Positions 44,117 to 54,126 of a stretch of 64,000 nt of DNA are shown in pieces. Numbering within the stretch: position 1 is the stretch's first letter; the number at the start of each line of letters is the position of its first letter. Source of the DNA: Vicinamibacterales bacterium (lineage in GTDB: Bacteria; Acidobacteriota; Vicinamibacteria; Vicinamibacterales; UBA8438); NCBI GenBank assembly GCA_965214865.1, contig CBDCCN010000004.1:12512-76511 (forward strand). The letters are read 5' to 3'. The notes below the pieces were generated by a model, which did not search any database, had not been told where the DNA came from, and worked only from the letters and a program-made list of their open reading frames with translations. Made by a program: the position numbers and the translations under genes.

Positions 44117-44578
44117 CTATTCCTGCGGGGCGGCCTCCTGCTGCTGCAGGCACAGGCTGACGATCTGGTCGCTCCCGAACACGTCGAAGGACAGTTCCCG
44201 GTCGCCCACGCGGACGGACAGGCTCGCGGCGTTGCGCAGCATCCGAAACATGAAATCGCGCCCGGGGCCGCTGGCGATGGCGAGGAAATACCCGCCGGAC
44301 TGCCACCGGACCGCGACGTTGCGCCGCCCGCCGGGAATGCCGCGCATCGTGACCCGCCGGGCCGACGCGACCGGCTGGGCGAGCTGGATGGCCGCCCCGG
44401 TACCCCGGGTCAGACACTGCAGCAGAATCGAGTCGCCCGCTGCGGTGAAGAGCCGAAACTCCTTTCCACCCTCGACGTCGGTCTCGTTCCACTGCGCCTG
44501 TCCGGCGGCCGGAACCGCGCCGAGCGTCGCGAGCGCACCGAGCAGCACCAGGGCCGGCACCGTGTTCTTCATCGTCAT
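44117..44578 (-). CDS. Secreted two-Cys protein, paralog 3 of a tandem triplet (unknown family)
   Basis: Signal peptide MTMKNTVPALVLLGALATLGAVPAAGQA. Shares W..D.EGGKEF, a Cys after a hydrophobic run, RGIPGGRRNVAV, GRDF and SFDVFGS..IV..CL with its neighbours. Its ATG overlaps the upstream stop (ATGA). Confidence 0.75.
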   Translation of the reverse strand: MTMKNTVPALVLLGALATLGAVPAAGQAQWNETDVEGGKEFRLFTAAGDSILLQCLTRGTGAAIQLAQPVASARRVTMRGIPGGRRNVAVRWQSGGYFLAIASGPGRDFMFRMLRNAASLSVRVGDRELSFDVFGSDQIVSLCLQQQEAAPQE

Positions 44579-45090
44579 TGCGGGTTCCCGTTCCCGAACG
44601 TGACGAGCGCCGGCATGTCCGTGTCGCGGCTCATGCCCGCCGCCCGATCCTCCATTTGTTCCAGACATTGATTGACGATCGCTTCGCTGCCGAACACCGC
44701 GAACGACGCCGCCTCGCCGGAGGCCCGCACGTAGAGGCTGGACGCGCTGCGCAGCATCGCCAGCGTGAAATCGAGACTCCGGCCTCCCGCGATCTGCACC
44801 GTATACGGATTGACGGGCTCGACCGCGATGTTCTCCCGCGCGCCCGGAATGCCGCGCACCATCGCCCGTTGCGTCGGCTCGAGGGGCTCGACGAACTCGA
44901 ATCCGGCGCCGAGCCCGTGCAGGCGGCACGCGAGGATGATCACCGCCCCCTCGTCGTTCCGGAGCTGAAACTCCTTGCCGCCGCCCTCGAGATCGCGCAC
45001 TTCCCACCGCTCCTGTTGTCCGACGGCCGGAACCGCACCGACCGTCGCGAGGACGCCGAGCACCGCCGCCGCCGCGACGAGAGTCTTCAT
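44575..45090 (-). CDS. Secreted two-Cys protein, paralog 2 of the tandem triplet
   Basis: Signal peptide MKTLVAAAAVLGVLATVGAVPAVGQ, then RDLEGGGKEFQLRNDEGAVIILAC...VRGIPGARENIAV...IAGGRSLDF...SFAVFGSEAIVNQCL. Confidence 0.8.
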   Translation of the reverse strand: MKTLVAAAAVLGVLATVGAVPAVGQQERWEVRDLEGGGKEFQLRNDEGAVIILACRLHGLGAGFEFVEPLEPTQRAMVRGIPGARENIAVEPVNPYTVQIAGGRSLDFTLAMLRSASSLYVRASGEAASFAVFGSEAIVNQCLEQMEDRAAGMSRDTDMPALVTFGNGNPQ

Positions 45091-45099
45091 GGTTTCCCC

Positions 45100-45567
45100 T
45101 CAGAAACGCCTGGGAGCTCCGATACGGTCCTCTTCCTGGTTCAGGCACTCGCTGATGATCGAGGTGCTGCCGAAGACCTCGAAGGAGGTGCTCTCGCCGG
45201 ACGCCCGCACGGAGATGCGCGTGGATTCGCGCAGGAGATCGAAGGTGAAGTCGAGCCCGCGGCCGCCCGCGATCTGCAGCACGCGATCGTTGACAGGGGT
45301 GACCGCGACGTTCTCCCGCCCCCCGGGAACGCCGCGCACGGTTGCTCGTTCCGTCGGCCGGATCGGCTCGGGGAACCCGAATGCCGCGGCCTGCCCGTTG
45401 ACCAGGCACGCGAGGATGATCACCGCCCCCTCGTCGTTCCGGAGCTGGAACTCCTTGCCGCCGCCCGCGAGATCCCGGGAATCCCACTGCGCCTGCGCGG
45501 CAGCCGGTCCCGCCCCGATCGTCGCGAGCGCACCGAGCATCGCAATCGCCGTGATGGTCGTCTTCAT
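45100..45567 (-). CDS. Secreted two-Cys protein, paralog 1 of the tandem triplet
   Basis: Signal peptide MKTTITAIAMLGALATIGAGPAAAQA, then RDLAGGGKEFQLRNDEGAVIILAC...VRGVPGGRENVAV...IAGGRGLDF...SFEVFGSTSIISECL. Confidence 0.8.
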   Translation of the reverse strand: MKTTITAIAMLGALATIGAGPAAAQAQWDSRDLAGGGKEFQLRNDEGAVIILACLVNGQAAAFGFPEPIRPTERATVRGVPGGRENVAVTPVNDRVLQIAGGRGLDFTFDLLRESTRISVRASGESTSFEVFGSTSIISECLNQEEDRIGAPRRF

Positions 45568-45772
45568 CGAGTCCCTCCCTCGGAACGGATCGGGCCGGCG
45601 TTTTCTTCTTCTGACTCTACCGGAAAGCGGCTTTCCTGGCGACAGTTTTCGCGAACGGGAAACCTCGGGTTCGTCCCTCCCCCGGGGCTCGGGTTGCGTC
45701 CCCGCGAATCCGTGGAACCGGCGCGCATCGCCGGGGAGCGCCGGGAGCGATCCGCTCCGGGCCGCCGTGAGC

Positions 45773-45778
45773 TATAAT
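45773..45778 (+). promoter_or_regulatory. Candidate -10 box (TATAAT) for tRNA-Lys
   Basis: Perfect TATAAT 20 nt upstream of the mature tRNA 5' end. Confidence 0.35.
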
Positions 45779-45798
45779 TCAATTGTCCGCTTTCGAAC

Positions 45799-45874
45799 GG
45801 GCCGCTAGCTCAACTGGTAGAGCAGCAGACTCTTAATCTGCGGGTTCGGGGTTCGAGTCCCTGGCGGCTCACCA
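45799..45874 (+). tRNA. tRNA-Lys (anticodon CTT)
   Basis: Folded by hand: acceptor GGGCCGC/GCGGCTC, D-arm GCTC-AACTGGTA-GAGC, anticodon arm GCAGA-CTCTTAA-TCTGC, T-arm CGGGG-TTCGAGT-CCCTG, encoded CCA. Confidence 0.92.
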
Positions 45875-45888
45875 CTTCTCGGCAGGCC

Positions 45889-47154
45889 ATGACCAGGGGC
45901 GCTTCGACCGTCGGGCGGCTGGCCGCGGCGACCGCCGCGATCGGCTCCTTCCTCCTGCACGCCAGCGTCATCGCACACGCCGACTGGCCGCAGTTCCGCG
46001 GGCCGACGGGCCAGGGGCACGCTCCCGGCGCGGCGGTCCCGCTGGAGTGGAGCGAGACCGAGAACGTCGCCTGGAAGGCGCCGGTCGCAGGCCGCGGCTG
46101 GTCATCGCCGGTCATCGCCGACGGCCGCATCTGGCTGACGACCGCCGTGACCGATCCCGCCGACGGCAGCTCGCTCCGCCTGCTCGCCTACGACGTCGAG
46201 ACCGGCGCCAACGCCCTCGACGTCGAGGTGTTCGGCAGCGACGAGACCTGGCTCCTCAATCCGAAGAACAGCTTCGCGTCGCCGACGCCGGTTCTCGATC
46301 CGGACGGCCGGAGCGTCTACGTCCACTTCGGCGCGACGGGAACGGCCGCGGTGAGCACCGCCGGCGACGTCCTCTGGCGCGCCCGCTTCCCCTACATCTC
46401 GCAGCATGGGAACGGCGGCTCGCCGATCCTGCACGACGGCCGGCTCGTGGTCAGCATCGACGGCTACGACACCGCCTACGTCGTGGCGGTCGACGCGCGC
46501 ACGGGCGCGGAGCGCTGGCGCTCGACCCGCCGCGGCCCGGTGTCGCAGGCGTACTCCACGCCGCTCCTCATTCGCGTCGGAGACCGTGAACAGATCGTCA
46601 ACGTCAGCGCGTTCCGCGCCACGGCGCACGATCCGGCGACCGGCCGGGAGATCTGGCGGGTGCGCTATCCCAACGGGTTCTCGAACGTGCCGCGGCCCAT
46701 CTACGGCCACGGGCTCGTCTACCTGTCGACCGGCTTCCAGACGCCCGCCCTGCTCGCGGTGCGCGCCGACGGCGAGGGCGACGTCACGCGGTCGCACGTC
46801 GCCTGGCGCCTGCGCCGCGGCGCGCCGCTCACCCCCTCCCCGATCCTGGTCGGCGACGAGCTGTACGTCGTGACGGACTTCGGCATCGCGACCTGCGTCG
46901 ACGCGCTGACCGGCGACATTCACTGGCAGCGACGGCTGGGCGGCAACCACTCCGCCTCGCCGGTATTCGTCGGCGGCCGGATCTACTTCCAGAACGAAGA
47001 GGGCGTGACGACGGTGCTGGCTCCCGGCCCCGAGTTCCGCGTGCTGGCCCGGAACCGGCTCGACGGGGTCACGCTCGCGTCGATGGCGGTCGCGGACGGC
47101 GCGCTGTTCATCCGCACCGACGGCCACCTCTACCGGATCGAAGAGCAGCGGTAG
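45889..47154 (+). CDS. PQQ-like beta-propeller repeat protein (secreted)
   Basis: The signal-like N-terminus is followed by DWPQFRGPTGQGHA...WSSPVIADGRIWL and repeated propeller blades. No PQQ-dehydrogenase catalytic motifs were noticed. Confidence 0.8.
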   Translation: MTRGASTVGRLAAATAAIGSFLLHASVIAHADWPQFRGPTGQGHAPGAAVPLEWSETENVAWKAPVAGRGWSSPVIADGRIWLTTAVTDPADGSSLRLLAYDVETGANALDVEVFGSDETWLLNPKNSFASPTPVLDPDGRSVYVHFGATGTAAVSTAGDVLWRARFPYISQHGNGGSPILHDGRLVVSIDGYDTAYVVAVDARTGAERWRSTRRGPVSQAYSTPLLIRVGDREQIVNVSAFRATAHDPATGREIWRVRYPNGFSNVPRPIYGHGLVYLSTGFQTPALLAVRADGEGDVTRSHVAWRLRRGAPLTPSPILVGDELYVVTDFGIATCVDALTGDIHWQRRLGGNHSASPVFVGGRIYFQNEEGVTTVLAPGPEFRVLARNRLDGVTLASMAVADGALFIRTDGHLYRIEEQR

Positions 47155-47218
47155 GCGGCCCCCGGGACATGGCGCCCGGTGCGGCGCCGCGCGCGGGCCG
47201 GCCGGCCCGGAGAACGCC

Positions 47219-49189
47219 CTACTCGGACGCCGGCAACCGGAACGCGATCAGCTCGCCCGGGAACCCGCCGCCGCCGATCGCCGTGACGATGTACTGCCGC
47301 CCCTCGTGCAGGTACGTCATCGGCGATCCGGTCACCCCGGCCGGCATGTGGACGGCGCCCAGCTCCTCGCCCGACATCTTGTCGTAGGCGCGCAGCATCG
47401 CGCCCACCGCGCCGGACGGCGTGGTGAAGGTGCCCGCCTCGCCGGCGATCACCAGCGTCGGGGTGTTCAGCGTCCCCACCCGTCCGATGCGTCCGGTCCG
47501 CGGGATGTCGACGCCCTCCAGCAGCCGGTGGTTGCGGATGTTGTCCGGCGTCTCCCCGTGCGGCACCTGCCAGAGGATCTCCCCTGCCTTGAGGTCGATG
47601 GCGGTGATGCGCCCCCAGGGCGGCTTGATGATCGGGATCCCCTCGATGGCCAGCGACGCCTCCCGGGCGGAGATGCCCTCGCCGCGCCCGCGGATGAAGC
47701 GCATGTCCGAGAGTTCCGGATCGTTGACCAGACCGAGCGAGACCACCTGCGTGAACGTGTACAGGTAGATGATGCCGGTCTCGGGGTCGAGCGAGCCGCC
47801 CGGCCAGTTCGTCCCGCCCGCCTGCGACGGCAGCATCAGGGTGCCGTAGACCCCGTCCGCCTCCGAAACGGTCGGCGGCGTGAAGATCGGCCCCATCCGG
47901 TGCCGCGACGCGATCTCCTCGGCGCGCCGCCGCAGCTCGGGGGTGAAGTCGATCAGGTCGTCGAGATCGACCCCCTGCCGGTCGTAGGCGGGCGGCTTCG
48001 TCACGTAGGGCTGGGTCGGCGCCAGCAGCTCGCCCGGCACGATCGACGGCGCCACCTCGCGCTCCTCGATCGGCCAGATCGGCTCGCCGGTCACCCGGTC
48101 GAAGACGTACAGCCACGACTGCTTGCTCGGCTGCGCCACGATCCTGCGCAGCTCGCCGTCGATCATCACGTCGGCCAGGATCGGCGCGCACGGCAGGTCC
48201 CAGTCCCACACGTCGTGGTGGATGAACTGGAAGTGCCACAGCCGGTCGCCGGTGTCGATGTCCACCGCCACCAGGCTGTCCGAGTAGAGGTTGTCGCCGT
48301 GCCGGTGGCCGCCGTAGTAGTCGTTGGTCGGCATCTCGGTCGGCAGGTAGACGATGCCCAGCTCCAGGTCGGCGCTGATCTGCCCCCACACCCCGGTGTT
48401 GCCGGTGTAGCGCCAGGAATCGTTCAACCAGGTGTCGTTGCCGAACTCGTCCGCCCCCGGAATCGTGTGGAAGATCCACTTGCGGACGCCGGTGTCGGCG
48501 TCGAAGCCGCGGATGTAGCCCTTCGTGTTGCGCATCGAGCGGGGCCGGCCGCCGGGGACGTGCGCCGCGCCCACGACGATGGTGTCGCCGGCCACCAGCG
48601 GCGTGGCGTGCAGGCCGATCTCGCCGGCCAGCGGATCGATCTCCTGATCCATGTTCCGCATCAGGTCGACGATGCCGTCCTCCCCGAAGTCGGTCAGCCG
48701 CTCGCCGGTCTTCGCGTTCAGGCCGATCAGCCGGTAGCCGGGCGTGACGTAGAAGATCTGCCCGTCGCCCCCGTCGTCGCGGTACGCCAAGCCGCGCCCC
48801 GACCGCCGCCGCGGGGCCGCCTCGGCCCGCTCGCCCTCGTCGAGCCGGTGCATCCAGAGCAGCTCGCCGGTGCCGGCGTCCGCCGCGATCGCCGCGCGGC
48901 GCAGGCCGGCGGTGGAGTAGAGCACGCCGTCCACCATCAACGGCGTCGCCTGGAAGTTGTACTCCGGCTCCGGCCCGAAGTTGGCCGTCTTCAACCGCCA
49001 GGCGACCTCCAGGTCGTTGAAGTTCCCGGCCGTGATCTGGTCGAGCGGCGAGTAGCGCGTGTTCGCGACGTCGCCGCCGTAGCTTCGCCACTCCCCGTTG
49101 TCGGTCTGCCCCGCCGCGGGGGCCGCACCGGCTGCGAGCAGCCCGCCGAGCATGATGATCGACGCGATGTGCATGCGATGTATTGCCAC
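47219..49189 (-). CDS. PQQ-dependent dehydrogenase (soluble, glucose/quinate-type quinoprotein), copy 1
   Basis: Signal peptide, then [21 protein letters not shown]...[15 protein letters not shown]... an eight-bladed quinoprotein pattern. Paralog of 50558-52525. Confidence 0.88.
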   Translation of the reverse strand: MAIHRMHIASIIMLGGLLAAGAAPAAGQTDNGEWRSYGGDVANTRYSPLDQITAGNFNDLEVAWRLKTANFGPEPEYNFQATPLMVDGVLYSTAGLRRAAIAADAGTGELLWMHRLDEGERAEAAPRRRSGRGLAYRDDGGDGQIFYVTPGYRLIGLNAKTGERLTDFGEDGIVDLMRNMDQEIDPLAGEIGLHATPLVAGDTIVVGAAHVPGGRPRSMRNTKGYIRGFDADTGVRKWIFHTIPGADEFGNDTWLNDSWRYTGNTGVWGQISADLELGIVYLPTEMPTNDYYGGHRHGDNLYSDSLVAVDIDTGDRLWHFQFIHHDVWDWDLPCAPILADVMIDGELRRIVAQPSKQSWLYVFDRVTGEPIWPIEEREVAPSIVPGELLAPTQPYVTKPPAYDRQGVDLDDLIDFTPELRRRAEEIASRHRMGPIFTPPTVSEADGVYGTLMLPSQAGGTNWPGGSLDPETGIIYLYTFTQVVSLGLVNDPELSDMRFIRGRGEGISAREASLAIEGIPIIKPPWGRITAIDLKAGEILWQVPHGETPDNIRNHRLLEGVDIPRTGRIGRVGTLNTPTLVIAGEAGTFTTPSGAVGAMLRAYDKMSGEELGAVHMPAGVTGSPMTYLHEGRQYIVTAIGGGGFPGELIAFRLPASE

Positions 49190-49345
49190 GTTCGACTCCT
49201 TCCCGCCCCTCGCCCGGAGGCTTCGGCCGGCGCACTTCGATCCCGCGTTCCATCACGGCCGCCCGGCAGGCGATGCGACGGCGCGCATCGACTCGCCCGG
49301 TCGCGTCGCGCAGACATGGCAGCTTACACCGGCCGGCACGATTCG

Positions 49346-49471
49346 CCGGGAATCTGCGCCGGACCGCAGGCGACGATTTTCGGGCCGGGATCTGCGCCGC
49401 GGAAGCGGTGCAGGCGCCCGGACAGGCCCGGCTGGGCGGAAAGCGGAGCCGCAAGGCGACGATTTTCGGGC
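49346..49471 (+). repeat. Dispersed palindromic repeat: one partial unit plus one full unit
   Basis: CCGGGAATCTGCGCCGG+ACCGCAGGCGACGATTTTCGGGC, then CCGGGATCTGCGCCG..CGGTGCAGGCGCCCGG+...GGCTGGGCGGAAAGCGGAGCCGCAAGGCGACGATTTTCGGGC. Confidence 0.8.
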
Positions 49472-49485
49472 TAGGATGGCGACCG

Positions 49486-50544
49486 ATGACCGCTTCATCG
49501 TCTTCATCCCCGCACGGACCGGCGGACGGCGACCTCGCCTACCAGACCGCGATCCTGCAAGGCGTCTCCCGCACCTTCGCCCTCAACATTCCGCAGCTTC
49601 CGGGCGCGTTGCGCGACGTCGTCGGCAACGTGTACGCACTTTGCCGAATCGCGGACACCATCGAGGACGAACCAGCGCTGTCGCCGGCGCAGAAGCGCGC
49701 GTTCTCGGAACGCTTCATCGACGTGGTCGCCGGCCGCGGCGACGTCGGGCCGTTCTCGCGGGAGCTCGGTGCGCTGCTGTCTTCGTCCAGCACCGAGCGC
49801 GAGCAGGACCTCGTCGCCAACACCGCGCGGGTCGTCCGCATCACCAGAGGGTTCCACGCCGCCCAGCGCCGCGCCATCGAGCGCTGCGTGCGGATCATGT
49901 CGCGCGGCATGGCCGAGTTCCAGCAGCACGCCACGGCGGACGGGCTGGACGACATCCCCCACTTGAATCGCTACTGCTACCACGTGGCCGGTATCGTCGG
50001 CGAGACCCTCACGGACCTGTTCTGCGACTACTCCGCCGAGATCCGCGGACGCCGCGACGACCTCTTCGCCCTGTCGGTGTCCTTCGGCCAGGGGTTGCAG
50101 ATGGTCAACATCCTCAAGGACGTCTGGGAGGACCGGCGCCGCGGCGCGTGCTGGCTTCCGCGCGACGTCTTCCGCGCCGCCGGTTTCGAGCTGCGCTCGT
50201 TGTCCCCCGGGCCGGTTGCTCCCGGGTTCGTCGACGGACTGTCGGCACTGGTGGGGATAGCCCGCCGTCACCTCGGCAACGCGCTGCGGTTCGTCCTGAT
50301 CATTCCGCCCCACGAAACCGGCATCCGCCGATTCTGCCTCTGGCCGCTCGGCATGGCGGTGCTCACGCTGCGCCGCATCCACGCCACGCCGGCCTTCGGC
50401 AGCGGCCGCGAGGTGAAGATTTCACGCGGCAGCGTGCGGGCGGTCACGACCCTCACCAGCCTCCTGGTGCGCTCGAACGCGGCTCTGACGTTGCTCTTCG
50501 AGGAGCTGACCCGGCGTCTCCCGCGGACCCCGGAGGCAGCCTGA
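49486..50544 (+). CDS. Squalene/phytoene synthase family protein
   Basis: SRTFALNI...[13 protein letters not shown] (first Asp-rich region) and [13 protein letters not shown]...[14 protein letters not shown] (second) are typical of the trans-isoprenyl diphosphate synthase head-to-head family. Confidence 0.85.
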   Translation: MTASSSSSPHGPADGDLAYQTAILQGVSRTFALNIPQLPGALRDVVGNVYALCRIADTIEDEPALSPAQKRAFSERFIDVVAGRGDVGPFSRELGALLSSSSTEREQDLVANTARVVRITRGFHAAQRRAIERCVRIMSRGMAEFQQHATADGLDDIPHLNRYCYHVAGIVGETLTDLFCDYSAEIRGRRDDLFALSVSFGQGLQMVNILKDVWEDRRRGACWLPRDVFRAAGFELRSLSPGPVAPGFVDGLSALVGIARRHLGNALRFVLIIPPHETGIRRFCLWPLGMAVLTLRRIHATPAFGSGREVKISRGSVRAVTTLTSLLVRSNAALTLLFEELTRRLPRTPEAA

Positions 50545-50557
50545 CTCCCGGCCGGCG

Positions 50558-52525
50558 CTACTCCTCGGGCAACCGGTAGGCGATCAACTCCCCCGGGAAC
50601 CCGGCCCCGCCGATGGCGGTCACGATGTACTGCCGTCCCTCGTGCATGTAGGTCATCGGCGACCCGGACACCGACGTCGGCATGTACACCGCGCCGACCT
50701 CCTCGCCCGACGCCTTGTCGTAGGCGCGCAGCATCGCCCCGACGTCGCCCGACGGCGTGGTGAACGTGCCCGGCTCGCCCGCGATCAGCAGCGTCTTCGT
50801 GATCAGCGTGCCGACCCGCCCGATGCGGCCGGTGCGGGGGATGTCCACGCCCTGCAGGGCCGGGTGGTTGCGGACGTTGTCGGGCGTCTCGCCGTGCGGG
50901 ATCTGCCAGAGGAAATCCCCCGTCGAGAGATCGATGGCGGTGATGCGCCCCCACGGCGGCTTGATCAGCGGCAGTCCGCGCACGTTCAGCGCGCGCCGGC
51001 GCGCCGGCACCCCGGGCGGATTCCCGCGGATGAAGTTCATGTCCGACCGTTCGGGATCGTTCACCAGTCCCAGCGACGTGACCTGCGTGAAGGAGTACTG
51101 GTAGAAGATGCCGGTCTCGGGATCGACCGAGCCGCCCGGCCAGTTGGTGCCGCCGCCGGCCGACGGCAGCATCAGCGTGCCGTAGGGACCGTCCGGGTCG
51201 GCCACCACCGGCGGCGTGAAAATCGGTCCGAGGCGGAAGTTCGACACCAGCTCCACCGCCTCGGCCCGCAGCTCCGGCGTGAAGTCGATCAGGTCGTCGA
51301 TGCCGACCCCCTGCCGGTCGTAGGCGGGCGGATGGGTCGGGAACGGCTGCGTCGGCGACAGCAGCTCGCCCGGCACGTCGGACGGCGGCATCTCCCGCTC
51401 CTCGATCGGCCAGATCGGCTCGCCGGTCACCCGGTCGAGGACGTACAACCACGACTGCTTGCTCGGCTGGGCGATGAGCTTGCGCTCGACGCCGTCGATC
51501 TCCACGTCGACGAGCACCGGCGCGCAGGGAAAGTCCCAGTCCCAGACGTCGTGGTGGATCACCTGCAGGTGCCACAGCCGCTCCCCGGTGTCGATGTCCA
51601 CCGCGACGATGCTGTCCGAGTAGAGGTTGTCGCCGTGCCGGTGGCCGCCGTAGTAGTCGTTGGTCGGCATCTCGGTCGGCAGGTAGACGATGCCCAGCTC
51701 CAGGTCGGCGCTGATCTGCCCCCACACCCCGGTGTTGCCCGTATAGCGCCAGGAATCGTTCAGCCACGTGTCGTTGCCGAACTCGTCCGCGCCCGGAATC
51801 GTGTGGAAGATCCACTTGCGCGTGCCGGTGTCGGCGTCGAAGCCGCGGATGTAGCCCTTCGTGTTGCGCATCGAGCGCGGCGCGCTGCCCGGCACGTGCG
51901 CGGCCCCGACGACGATCGTGTCGCCCGCCACCAGCGGCGTGGCGTGCAGGCCGATCTCGCCGGCCAGCGGATCGATCTCCTGATCCATGTTCTGCATCAG
52001 GTCGACGATGCCGCCCTCCCCGAAGTCGGCCAGCCGCTCCCCGGTCTTCGCGTTCAATCCGATCAGCCGGTAGCCCGGCGTGACGTAGAAGATCTGCCCG
52101 TCACCGCCGTCGGCACGATACGCGAGACCGCGGCCGGAGCGGCGCCGCGGCGCCGCCTCGGCCCGCTCGCCCTCGTCCAGGCGGTGCATCCAGAACAGCT
52201 CGCCGGTCGCCGCGTCCGCCGCGATCGCCGCCCGGCGCAGACCGGCCGTCGAGTAGATCACCCCGTCCACCATCAGCGGCGTCGACTGGAAGTTGAACTC
52301 CGGCTCCGGCCCGAAGTTGGCGGTCCTCAGCCGCCAGGCGATCTCCAGGTCGTCGAAGTTCTCCGCGTCGATCTGATCGAGCGGCGAATAGCGCGTGTTC
52401 GCGATGTCGCCGCCGTAGCTCCGCCACTCGCCGTCGTCGGTCTGCGCGGCCACCGGCGAAGCGCCGGCCGCGAGCAGCCCGCCGAGGACGACGACCGCCG
52501 CTATCCTGATTCTGCACGCTGGCAT
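50558..52525 (-). CDS. PQQ-dependent dehydrogenase, copy 2
   Basis: Collinear with copy 1, including a 128-nt identical run (48276-48403 = 51612-51739). Same signal peptide style and the [15 protein letters not shown] motif. Confidence 0.88.
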   Translation of the reverse strand: MPACRIRIAAVVVLGGLLAAGASPVAAQTDDGEWRSYGGDIANTRYSPLDQIDAENFDDLEIAWRLRTANFGPEPEFNFQSTPLMVDGVIYSTAGLRRAAIAADAATGELFWMHRLDEGERAEAAPRRRSGRGLAYRADGGDGQIFYVTPGYRLIGLNAKTGERLADFGEGGIVDLMQNMDQEIDPLAGEIGLHATPLVAGDTIVVGAAHVPGSAPRSMRNTKGYIRGFDADTGTRKWIFHTIPGADEFGNDTWLNDSWRYTGNTGVWGQISADLELGIVYLPTEMPTNDYYGGHRHGDNLYSDSIVAVDIDTGERLWHLQVIHHDVWDWDFPCAPVLVDVEIDGVERKLIAQPSKQSWLYVLDRVTGEPIWPIEEREMPPSDVPGELLSPTQPFPTHPPAYDRQGVGIDDLIDFTPELRAEAVELVSNFRLGPIFTPPVVADPDGPYGTLMLPSAGGGTNWPGGSVDPETGIFYQYSFTQVTSLGLVNDPERSDMNFIRGNPPGVPARRRALNVRGLPLIKPPWGRITAIDLSTGDFLWQIPHGETPDNVRNHPALQGVDIPRTGRIGRVGTLITKTLLIAGEPGTFTTPSGDVGAMLRAYDKASGEEVGAVYMPTSVSGSPMTYMHEGRQYIVTAIGGAGFPGELIAYRLPEE

Positions 52526-52583
52526 GTTTCCTGTCTCCTCTGCTGATCCCCGGTCCCTCCCGGTTCCCGGCCGCCACCCGCCG

Positions 52584-53135
52584 CTACTGGATGAGTGGAT
52601 TGACCCAGCCGGCCGGCAGCACCTTGTCCGGGTCCGGCCGGATGCTCAGGTACGTCACGTGGTCCGGGACCGCCGTCCAGCCATGGAACACGCCCCCGGG
52701 AATCACCACGACGTCTCCCTCGGAGACGTCGCGCACCTGCCCGCCTTCGGCCGCGGCGCGGTAGCTCTCGCCGACCAGCACCTGCACGATGTGGCTGTCG
52801 GCCGGTATGTCGCCCCGCTCGGTGATGGTGCCGCCGGTCATCAACGTGCCGCCCCCCGACACGATGTAGTAGACCTCGGTCACCAGCGTGTGCACGATGC
52901 CGCGGGCCGGCCCGTCGCCCGGCTCCAGGGCGTCGCGATGCAGGATGCCGACCGCGACGTTCGACTTGCCGATGTCGACCACCTTGACCTGACGGTCGAC
53001 GCCCCCCTCCGGGGCGTTCCTGACCGCCATGTACTCCTCCTGCGTCACGTCCGTCGCGGTCGCGATCTGCGCAACGACCTGCGCGGGGACGAGCAGCGCG
53101 GCGGCGGCGGCGAATCCGAGCAGCAACCTGGACAT
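52584..53135 (-). CDS. Cupin-domain protein (secreted)
   Basis: Signal peptide MSRLLLGFAAAAALLVPAQVVAQ. The cupin core includes HTLVTEVYYIVSG...GDVVVIPGGVFHGW. Confidence 0.75.
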   Translation of the reverse strand: MSRLLLGFAAAAALLVPAQVVAQIATATDVTQEEYMAVRNAPEGGVDRQVKVVDIGKSNVAVGILHRDALEPGDGPARGIVHTLVTEVYYIVSGGGTLMTGGTITERGDIPADSHIVQVLVGESYRAAAEGGQVRDVSEGDVVVIPGGVFHGWTAVPDHVTYLSIRPDPDKVLPAGWVNPLIQ

Positions 53136-53187
53136 GGCGACTCCTTCCATCGACCGCTCACGAAGCATCGGGCGACCCCGGGCGACC

Positions 53188-54126
53188 TTACCCCCGGGAG
53201 GCGGACGTGCGGCGTTTCAGAAACTCGATCACGAGACGGTTGAACAGCGCCGGCTTCTCGTAGTAGACCGAATGCCCGGCGCCGGGCACGAGCGCGAACT
53301 CCGAGTCCGGCACCTTGCGGTGCAGCTCCTCGATCGCGGCCGGCGGAATCAGCCGGTCCTCTTCGCCGGTGATGAAGAGGATCGGGATCCCGTGCTCGAC
53401 GACCGGACCGACATCGGTCGTCTTCTCCAGGAGCCCCGTGACCGCGCGCGGAGCGCCGGCCGGCGTACGATCGAGCGTCGTGCGCTGGATTTGGCGGTAC
53501 AGAAATGCGAGCTCCGGTTCCCGTTCCGCGAACGACGGCGGGTATGCGCCGATCTCGGCGGGATTGCCGCCCCCGGCCGCCCGCAGGTCCAGGAGCCGCG
53601 CGACCTCCGGGTCCGTATACCCGCCGTGCGTGTTGCAGAGCACGAGCGCGCTGACGCGCGCCGGCCAGGCGGAGGCGAACCCGAGCGTCGTCCAGCCCCC
53701 CATCGACTGCCCGACGAGCGCCGCCCGCTCGATGCCGAGGTAATCGAGCAGCCCGCGGAGATCGTCGACGAACGCCTCGTGGCCCGGCCCCGCCGGCAGG
53801 TCGCGGGAGTAGCCGAAGCCGCGGTGATCGAACGTGATGCAGCGGAAATGCTCGGACAGCGCCGGGATCTGCCGCCACCAGCTCATGTGGGTTCCGCCGC
53901 CGCCGTGCGCGAAGACCACCGGCGATCCCTCGCCGTGCACTTCGTAGTACAGCTCCAAGCCGTCCGCGAGCGTCACCGGGGTGCGGAACCGACCCTGCGC
54001 GGCAAGACGCGGAACCACGCCCGTGGCCGCCAGCACCCCGCCTGCGACGAGCACCCGGCCGAAAAAGTCCCGGCGCCCGACGCCCCGCCGCGCGGTCCGG
54101 GACGCCGAAGAATCACGTCGTGTCAT
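53188..54126 (-). CDS. Alpha/beta hydrolase with a twin-arginine (Tat) signal
   Basis: GRRDFFGRVLVAGGVLAA Tat motif, HGGGG oxyanion region, GQSMGG nucleophile elbow and a C-terminal GHSVYYE. ATG chosen at 54126. Confidence 0.85.
   Translation of the reverse strand: MTRRDSSASRTARRGVGRRDFFGRVLVAGGVLAATGVVPRLAAQGRFRTPVTLADGLELYYEVHGEGSPVVFAHGGGGTHMSWWRQIPALSEHFRCITFDHRGFGYSRDLPAGPGHEAFVDDLRGLLDYLGIERAALVGQSMGGWTTLGFASAWPARVSALVLCNTHGGYTDPEVARLLDLRAAGGGNPAEIGAYPPSFAEREPELAFLYRQIQRTTLDRTPAGAPRAVTGLLEKTTDVGPVVEHGIPILFITGEEDRLIPPAAIEELHRKVPDSEFALVPGAGHSVYYEKPALFNRLVIEFLKRRTSASRG

Noticed and set aside
47219-52525. Lanthanide/XoxF-type methanol dehydrogenases.
   Set aside because: The HHDVWDWD(L/F)P context resembles glucose/quinate-type quinoproteins, as I recall them, more than the XoxF/MxaF DEWDYDG region. 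No mxa/xox accessory genes (xoxJ, xoxG) are present. This cannot be settled without a phylogeny.
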